Shown in pieces: positions 27,001-32,000 of a stretch of DNA of 32,000 nucleotides. Every line of letters begins with the position of its first letter. The stretch's first letter is position 1. The notes under the pieces were generated by a model. It did not search any database. It was not told the origin of the DNA and was given only the letters and a program-made list of their open reading frames with translations. Both the position numbers and the translations under genes were made by a program. Source of the DNA: Vibrio phage 234P1. The stretch lies in sequence record MW824415.1. One strand, 5' to 3'.

Positions 27001-28398
27001 GGTGGTAAGATCATGGGGCTTACTGAAGATTTTACCTTTGATACCAAGAACGCTAACATAGTATTCTCTTACGTAGATACAACGGTTGGTTGGATCCTTA
27101 CACAAGGTTTTGGTGAATCTGAAGCGCCACAGGCTATTGCTAACAAGGTTATAGTAACAGATGCAGTCGGACAGTCCGTTATCTCTATCCCAAATAATGG
27201 ATCTCAGACGGTAGATGTATGGTATAATGGTCTTAAACTCCTACGCAACGACGACTACATCGTAGATGAGGACTTAGATACTGTTACGCTAACAGACCCT
27301 ATAGACTTAAGTGATGATATAGTTGAGGTATACGCTTGGAATCAGGCTCTAGTACTAGATACTACTGATTTACTGTACCACGGTACGCAGATGCGTAAAA
27401 CAATCGAGGGTGACGGTATTTCTCTTACAGAAGCTATTGAAGCCCGTGCTCCGCAACCAAATCTATTGATTAATGGTGACTTTGTTATCAACCAGCGTCA
27501 GTTTGCTATAAGTAGTGATGTTCCAATTGATGGGGAGTTCTTTGTTGACCGTTGGTTCGCTCGTAACGCAATAGGCGGTACTAACCTTTGTTACTCTGAT
27601 TTCCGTAATAACACAGGTATGTATACTCGTATGACTCACACAGGAGCTGCAGTTAGCGCATACATTGGTCAAAGAATTGAAGTTATGGACTGGCGTCCGT
27701 TCGTAAATACAACAGCGTCTGTGGAAGTTAGTCACTCGCAAGATTGTGTCATGAGTGGTGTTATTCATCTTCGTCGGGTTTCTGATGATACTGTCCTTTC
27801 TTCTGTATTTAGTAATGAAGTTATCGTTACACCAGGGTTAAAGACAGTAGTGTTTACTATGGAAGGTTTAGACATCTCTATGGTGGGGTCTACAGAATGT
27901 TACGCAGAGTTCCGAATCATCTATAACAACGGAGGTAGCATCGCTACACCGGATGGTCAGTATCGTTTCTATACTGCTAAGTTGGAATCTGGTTTATTAG
28001 CTACACCATTTGTTCCGGACTCTCCTCAAGAGAGCCTGGCTAAGTGTCAGCGCTACTTCTACACAACTAGGGGCAGAACAAAGTCTCAAATATTCGGAAC
28101 AGCTACCGTATCCAGTACTAACGATGGCACATTCCAAGCAGGCGTACCGATTCCTGTACCTATGCGAATTAATAAACCAGCACTTACTCAGTTTGGTTCT
28201 TTCGCTATTTACGGGGTTTCTTCTACGTCAGGTACTAAGAATGAGACAGTAACCTTTACAGACGGAGGCTCTGGGGCAGGTGTAGGTTTCATTGACATCA
28301 TAATACAGTCTAATACAGTGCCTACCTTGTTAAGAGGTGCGGTAACGCTTAGGGGACTTAACTCAAGTTCGTGGTTTAATGTAGACGCGGAACTGTAA
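24001..28398 (+). CDS. large tail fibre protein (1465 aa)
   Basis: N-terminal Ala-rich coiled coil, repeated 'YHPNADTWTT.RT.T.TGD..GS...DGS.D.S......DSH.H' modules, C-terminal 'NLLINGDFVINQRQF...KCQRYFYTTRG' domain. Confidence 0.9.
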   Translation: MATKIEVTKLNALDDNLVEGQKVIEIILGPTIGADTADLALAVAQAEAAQAAAELAEDNAKASELAALASEGAAQTAQTLAEVAEGNAKASEIAAQSSEDDAQISEDAAAASEAAALASQNAAAVSAAAALASENAAQSSEDDAQVSEDNAAASEVAAAASAAAALASENAAQSSEDDAQISEDAAAASAAAALASENAAQSSEDDAKVSEDAAAASAAAALTQANRAETEADRSETEADRAQTIADSMTTALVPRGDWDASTGAFPTPTLSPERADFYQISVAGTMTTNKPAGQDDLSVEVGDQLYWNVVIDVWYSIDNTDQVTSVDGKKGVVVIDKYTQAEADARFVNAAGDTMTGALTIEESVMLVGNTAADNYMELAQVYGSSYGFTFQHNNASTMTNLQGSTNQALVLGDVSANVTDVLLGVSLKEGAGAWTKRLELDGAGELYLGSGAAYRTFHENYHPNADTWTTSRTVTLTGDVSGSFAIDGSADVSVSVVVEDDSHVHTDYLSNVATDLSNIMYGNIYASDEKPLIQLVGDDAYFGSHGRVGLQLASSSNPEWKTSTAAYKLFNESYHPNADTWTTARTITLTGDATGSFTMDGSSDESVEVTVVNDSHTHDTRYLKLAGGYMAGEITGPYSWVLNRTFVMIENETPQYLLLCLNAGGNNVNGEFILNRTSGNYQSANLNVVVSSGSSVSPYGTIVSVQSTQDDEEYRLVTVDYAGDSWVAIKYVGNSYPVTDPGLFSGRIQSSKAGSLTAVGAASITNEAPLRDATKFELNGQAIFHQGYHPNADTWTTARTLTFTGDATGSTTLDGSSDKSIAMTVVDDSHNHSYVNGTFEIRHANEQLKLVDTTDGNKWWMLDHQNGDLNFRYNGVSVTPALVIHETGNYVSAPSFSATTYLNLPIENVRTGNQADIRYNPVKGFEGHDGVEWGAIGGGGGVEWEATTGTSVVAETGAGYLVTEAGVTVVLPPTPDQGNTVGVGDYNGLNFEVTINPNGGKIMGLTEDFTFDTKNANIVFSYVDTTVGWILTQGFGESEAPQAIANKVIVTDAVGQSVISIPNNGSQTVDVWYNGLKLLRNDDYIVDEDLDTVTLTDPIDLSDDIVEVYAWNQALVLDTTDLLYHGTQMRKTIEGDGISLTEAIEARAPQPNLLINGDFVINQRQFAISSDVPIDGEFFVDRWFARNAIGGTNLCYSDFRNNTGMYTRMTHTGAAVSAYIGQRIEVMDWRPFVNTTASVEVSHSQDCVMSGVIHLRRVSDDTVLSSVFSNEVIVTPGLKTVVFTMEGLDISMVGSTECYAEFRIIYNNGGSIATPDGQYRFYTAKLESGLLATPFVPDSPQESLAKCQRYFYTTRGRTKSQIFGTATVSSTNDGTFQAGVPIPVPMRINKPALTQFGSFAIYGVSSTSGTKNETVTFTDGGSGAGVGFIDIIIQSNTVPTLLRGAVTLRGLNSSSWFNVDAEL
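24346..24660 (+). repeat. in-gene heptad-quantised protein repeat region
   Basis: Units beginning ALAS(E/Q)NA have lengths 14, 35, 28 and 28 residues, all multiples of seven. Confidence 0.85.
25726..26405 (+). repeat. two exact 38-nt copies (25726-25763; 26368-26405) within fibre modules
   Basis: TACCACCCTAACGCAGATACTTGGACTACTGCTAGAAC in both; a diverged third module starts at 25387. Confidence 0.85.
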
Positions 28399-28405
28399 AG
28401 CAGCG

Positions 28406-28425
28406 AGAAGCCCTTCGGGGCTTCT
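28406..28425 (+). terminator. hairpin AGAAGCCC-TTCG-GGGCTTCT
   Basis: 8-bp stem with a stable C(UUCG)G loop, but no T-run; may be an mRNA-stabilising or weak terminator element. Confidence 0.6.
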
Positions 28426-28448
28426 ATTAATATAAGGAATAATAGATT

Positions 28449-29336
28449 ATGTCAAAAATAAGAAACAAAGCTGAGTTCGACCCGTCTACCTCATTGAATA
28501 ACTCTAACCTATTTATCAATGGTGACATGAGTGTTTGGCAACGTGGGACAACCTTCACAGGCCTAACAGGGTCTGTGTACACAGCAGATAGGTGGTTGTT
28601 AACCTCATCAGGTGATACAGCAAGTGTAGCTAAAGGAGACCCGTTCGCTATAGCTCCTGTTGAAAGCAGTTATATGTTGATTAACCCAAGTGTTCACAAT
28701 GGTAACTTAGGTATCGAGCAACGTTTAGAAGACTGGTGGAACTTTAACGAGGAGGTCGTAACCCTTTCTATTTTAGTACACACAGACGCAGCTTCCGCAT
28801 CCTTTGACATTTATCACGGAATGTCTGGGAATTTTGAGTGGCTGGGTGCAGACCAAACTGTAACCAGTGGACAAGGGTGGAAAAGGTTGGAATGGACATT
28901 TACCACTAAGAACGTAACATCTAGCCCTGATTTCTACAGTTTTAGTATTAGAAGAACTGACACAGGAATTGAACCATACCGCTTTACGGAAGTTAAGCTG
29001 GAGTACGGTACATTTGCTACACCATTCGTCGCCGAGGATCCTGCAACTAACCTTGAAAAGTGTCACCGCTATTACAGAAATGTAAAGACAGGGGGTAACA
29101 CAATGTACGCAGCTGTTTATTCGGATAGTGATATCACAACAGCTAACAAAACACTCTCAATTCCATACTTTGGAATGCGTGAGCCTGTGACAGTGAAGAA
29201 CCTTGCGTGGCATGCGGGGAATTCTCCCAATTCTAACAACGCATCTGGTGGTGTATGGAGATTCTTCTGGACTGACTCAGGGAACAGTGCTCGTGGTATT
29301 GTAACACTTACTTTCGATTCAGAGTTTAACCCATAA
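28449..29336 (+). CDS. fibre-associated protein, paralogous to the C-terminus of the large fibre (295 aa)
   Basis: 'NLFINGDMSVWQRGTTFTG...YTADRWLLTSSG...VKLEYGTFATPFVAEDPATNLEKCHRYY'. Confidence 0.75.
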   Translation: MSKIRNKAEFDPSTSLNNSNLFINGDMSVWQRGTTFTGLTGSVYTADRWLLTSSGDTASVAKGDPFAIAPVESSYMLINPSVHNGNLGIEQRLEDWWNFNEEVVTLSILVHTDAASASFDIYHGMSGNFEWLGADQTVTSGQGWKRLEWTFTTKNVTSSPDFYSFSIRRTDTGIEPYRFTEVKLEYGTFATPFVAEDPATNLEKCHRYYRNVKTGGNTMYAAVYSDSDITTANKTLSIPYFGMREPVTVKNLAWHAGNSPNSNNASGGVWRFFWTDSGNSARGIVTLTFDSEFNP

Positions 29337-29347
29337 GGAGAGTTACG

Positions 29348-30325
29348 ATGAGTGAATTAAAAGACTTTTTAAATAGTGGAGGCACACATGCCCCACAGAT
29401 CAATGAAAATACGGAGAGGTTGGATACTCAGATTACCAACCCTAATCTCCTAATTAACGGTGACTTCAGTGTTTGGCAACGTGGTACTACATCCGTTGGG
29501 CACCCGTCATTTACATATGCAGCAGACCGTTGGATTACTTCTATAAATGGGACTTCATTAAATTTATTCCGAGCAGACGCTGGGGGAGACCCTGATGCGT
29601 TCTTCGGTAGTCGTTATGCAATTGGTTGTGATACAGGTGTAAGTGTAAGCTCTTATGAGCACGTACAACGTATCGAGAGTACAGCCTGTGGGCAGTTACG
29701 CGCAGGGCAACTAGTATCTCTATCTTTTCGTGTATGGACTTCGGACGGTGCACCAGTAGAGGTGGGCGGACGTATGTGGAGATCGAATAACTTCGATGAC
29801 TGGTCAGCTTTTTGGGATATGGCTGATGGGGGCACACAGACAGTAAATCACGGTGATGTAGCTAAATTTACAATGGTAGTGCCGAATGAGTACTACCATT
29901 GGGGCACTCAAATAGGTATAGGCGTATATGATGACCCTTCTGTAAGAATCGTTGCAATCACGGATGCTAAGTTTGAGTTAGGTGCAGGGGCAACACCCTT
30001 TATAGCGGATGCTCCTGCTGACAACTTGGCTAAGTGTCAGCGTTATTTCTACCGTTCAACTAATACAGAGACATTGATGGTTTCATGTTGGAGCACACCT
30101 AGTGTATACGGGTCAGTGAACGCTCCAATAGCTATGCGCGAACCCCCAATTTGGCTATTTGAAGAAGCAAGTTTCTTTTATGACGGTGGTAGCTTTCCTG
30201 TTACACCCGCTGTTGACGTTGCAAGTACACAAAATGCAAGATTTACCTTTAATCATACAGCAACGGTAACCCGTACCGCTTCAGGTTGGTTACAAACAAA
30301 GTTTTCGGCAGACGCAGAACTTTAA
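29348..30325 (+). CDS. fibre-associated protein, second stand-alone paralogue (325 aa)
   Basis: 'NLLINGDFSVWQRGTTSVG...YAADRWITSING...AKFELGAGATPFIADAPADNLAKCQRYFYRST'; RBS AAGGAGAG. Confidence 0.75.
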   Translation: MSELKDFLNSGGTHAPQINENTERLDTQITNPNLLINGDFSVWQRGTTSVGHPSFTYAADRWITSINGTSLNLFRADAGGDPDAFFGSRYAIGCDTGVSVSSYEHVQRIESTACGQLRAGQLVSLSFRVWTSDGAPVEVGGRMWRSNNFDDWSAFWDMADGGTQTVNHGDVAKFTMVVPNEYYHWGTQIGIGVYDDPSVRIVAITDAKFELGAGATPFIADAPADNLAKCQRYFYRSTNTETLMVSCWSTPSVYGSVNAPIAMREPPIWLFEEASFFYDGGSFPVTPAVDVASTQNARFTFNHTATVTRTASGWLQTKFSADAEL

Positions 30326-30390
30326 TAAGGGAATAGCTCCTATCGAGGATCCCAGGGTATTTATTACTTAGGTGTAGCGCTATAAACGCA

Positions 30391-30422
30391 AAAACCCCAG
30401 AGCCTCTCAGCTCTGGGGTTTT
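30391..30422. terminator. bidirectional terminator between convergent modules
   Basis: AAAACCCCAGAG-CCTCTCAG-CTCTGGGGTTTT, perfect 12-bp stem with a T-run on each strand. Confidence 0.93.
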
Positions 30423-30425
30423 CTT

Positions 30426-30866
30426 TTATGTGCGTCCGGAATCTCCGAAACCACTCTTGCCACGAATAGTCTCTTCCAACTCTTCTAGCTCTACTTCTTG
30501 TCCTAATAGCTTATCTACTTTATAGTGTGGAACCACTACCAATTGGCAGATGCGTTCAAAGTCTTCAAGCCAGAAATTCTCTTCAAAGGTACAAGCTACC
30601 TTAATCCAATCCCTGTAATCGCTGTCAATAACACCTACGGTGTTAAGTAAGCGTAACTTATACTTCCTACCCATACCACTTCTAGGTAAAACTAATCCAA
30701 CCCAGCCTTTAGGAATCTCACATGCGAATCCCGTGGTAAACATATACTCACGACCTGCCACAATATATTGATCAATTACGAAGGCACGCAAGTCTAAACC
30801 TGCCGCCTCCTCACTACCAATCTTAGGTAAGCATCGTGGGTCTTGTAGCGCGTACTTAGATATCAT
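30426..30866 (-). CDS. dut: dUTPase (deoxyuridine triphosphatase)
   Basis: AAGLDLRA, LPRSGMGRKYKLRLLNTVGVIDSDYRD, RICQLVV, RGKSGFGDSGRT match the five conserved dUTPase motifs. Confidence 0.93.
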   Translation of the reverse strand: MISKYALQDPRCLPKIGSEEAAGLDLRAFVIDQYIVAGREYMFTTGFACEIPKGWVGLVLPRSGMGRKYKLRLLNTVGVIDSDYRDWIKVACTFEENFWLEDFERICQLVVVPHYKVDKLLGQEVELEELEETIRGKSGFGDSGRT

Positions 30867-31776
30867 TAATTTCTCCCAAATCTAGTTCACCAAATTCTTC
30901 ATCGTCGCCAATTCGTGGTAGCTGTGCAACAAGAATCTCTACCTTATCTACCGCTTCTTGATCAGTCTCAGCGATAATCTGTCCTGCGAATGTTTTAAGA
31001 TCCATCAGCTCAAGGTTACGCTCTAGCAACTCTGCCGATTCGTTAAGACGCTGGATGTACTTTTGATTGCCTGGCAATGGCAGTGCATCAATTAGGTCAA
31101 AGGTATCTTCGTAGTTACGTAGAATAGAGTAAGCACGCTTCTCACCAACACCTTCAACACCGCGAATGTTATCCGATAAATCGCCCATTAGACATTTCAT
31201 CATAACAAACTGGTCTGTAGTATCACAACCATGATCATCGTAGAAGTTGCTCATGAAGAACTCTTTACGGTTCTTAGATACGCAAGCAAAGCGGTGAATA
31301 TTGTCGTCTAGGAATTCGTCCCAGTCTTTATCGGTAGAGATTAGCCAGATGTTGTCGTACTTCTCTTTTAGGGCAGGAACTAGAACACCCATGAAGTCAT
31401 CCGCTTCAATACCTTTATGCCAAAGACCAAATAAGTCTTCGTCTTCTTCAACCATATCTAGAGTGTTGCGGTATTCAGCGAAGAACTCTTCTGCTTTCAA
31501 CTTCTCATCTTCGGTCTGGTTGCTGTAATCACGATTGCCTTTGTACTCTGGGTACAGCTCACGACGATACTTAGAACCTTTAAGGTCTGACAACACAATC
31601 TTGTCTTTACAGCTATATGATTTAGCTAGTGAGTTCACAAGATCAATGTATTCTTTAGCGAATACTTTAGCCCCGCGATGCTTAAAACGGAATGATAAGT
31701 TCAATCCATCAACAATAAGTAGGTTATTACCTAGCTTTCTTTCGTCTTTCTTTGGTACTTCCCAACCTGTTGTCAT
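30856..31776 (-). CDS. 5'-3' exonuclease / FEN-family nuclease
   Basis: LLIVDGLNLSFRFKH, RRELYPEYKGNRD, GIEADDFMGVL, ISTDKDWDEFL, LMGDLSDNIRGVEGVGEKRA. Confidence 0.93.
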   Translation of the reverse strand: MTTGWEVPKKDERKLGNNLLIVDGLNLSFRFKHRGAKVFAKEYIDLVNSLAKSYSCKDKIVLSDLKGSKYRRELYPEYKGNRDYSNQTEDEKLKAEEFFAEYRNTLDMVEEDEDLFGLWHKGIEADDFMGVLVPALKEKYDNIWLISTDKDWDEFLDDNIHRFACVSKNRKEFFMSNFYDDHGCDTTDQFVMMKCLMGDLSDNIRGVEGVGEKRAYSILRNYEDTFDLIDALPLPGNQKYIQRLNESAELLERNLELMDLKTFAGQIIAETDQEAVDKVEILVAQLPRIGDDEEFGELDLGEINDI

Positions 31777-31979
31777 TTTACTAGATACTCCGTAATATTA
31801 TCGATTTGTAGGAATGCTTTAAAATCCACTACTACATACTTGTATTGGTCTTCACTTAGATACATCTCAACGTGAGGAGTGATCATCGACATCTCCTGCG
31901 CTAGTGCATACTCATTAGGTACTGCTACGTACCATTGTCCGCGGTCTTTCTTGAAAACTAGCATAGGATATGCATTCAT
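31773..31979 (-). CDS. small hypothetical protein (68 aa)
   Basis: ORF overlapping the start of the exonuclease gene in the same operon. Confidence 0.6.
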   Translation of the reverse strand: MNAYPMLVFKKDRGQWYVAVPNEYALAQEMSMITPHVEMYLSEDQYKYVVVDFKAFLQIDNITEYLVK

Positions 31980-32000
31980 TTCACCAGCTTCGCGTTCTGT

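Noticed and set aside
1-32000. Defence, anti-CRISPR, toxin-antitoxin or integration modules
   Set aside because: No recognisable family motifs found; the unassigned small ORFs (16-204, 300-473, 520-801, 31773-31979) carry no features that support such a claim

Overview
This window reads as the virion-structure (late) half of a tailed dsDNA phage, siphovirus-like, going by the long tape measure gene, the gpJ-like tip protein and the absence of recognisable sheath or baseplate genes. The rightward module runs: small terminase, large terminase, HNH nuclease, portal, HK97-type prohead protease, major capsid protein, head-tail connector genes, two consecutive tail-tube-like proteins, tail assembly chaperone, a capsid-like protein of unknown role, tape measure, tail tip/hub proteins, fibre genes. 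It ends at a strong bidirectional terminator facing a leftward module that includes a dUTPase and a 5'-3' exonuclease. Upstream is a leftward 606-aa fibre-like gene with its own promoter and terminator, plus a small-ORF region followed by repeat-rich noncoding DNA. The most notable items are: (1) a tail chaperone pair whose reading frames can only be joined by a +1 (or -2) frameshift in a 14-nt window containing TTT-C; (2) a second protein with a layout resembling an HK97-fold capsid protein, between the chaperone and tape measure genes; (3) a 56-bp-period imperfect tandem repeat at 797-924 and a duplicated 22-mer nearby; (4) three adjacent fibre genes sharing the same C-terminal domain; (5) hairpin terminators followed immediately by consensus-like sigma70 promoters inside the late cluster; (6) a compact divergent promoter. 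No CRISPR array, tRNA, integrase, or recognisable defence or anti-defence system was found. All assignments come from reading motifs and gene order; no searches or folding software were run.
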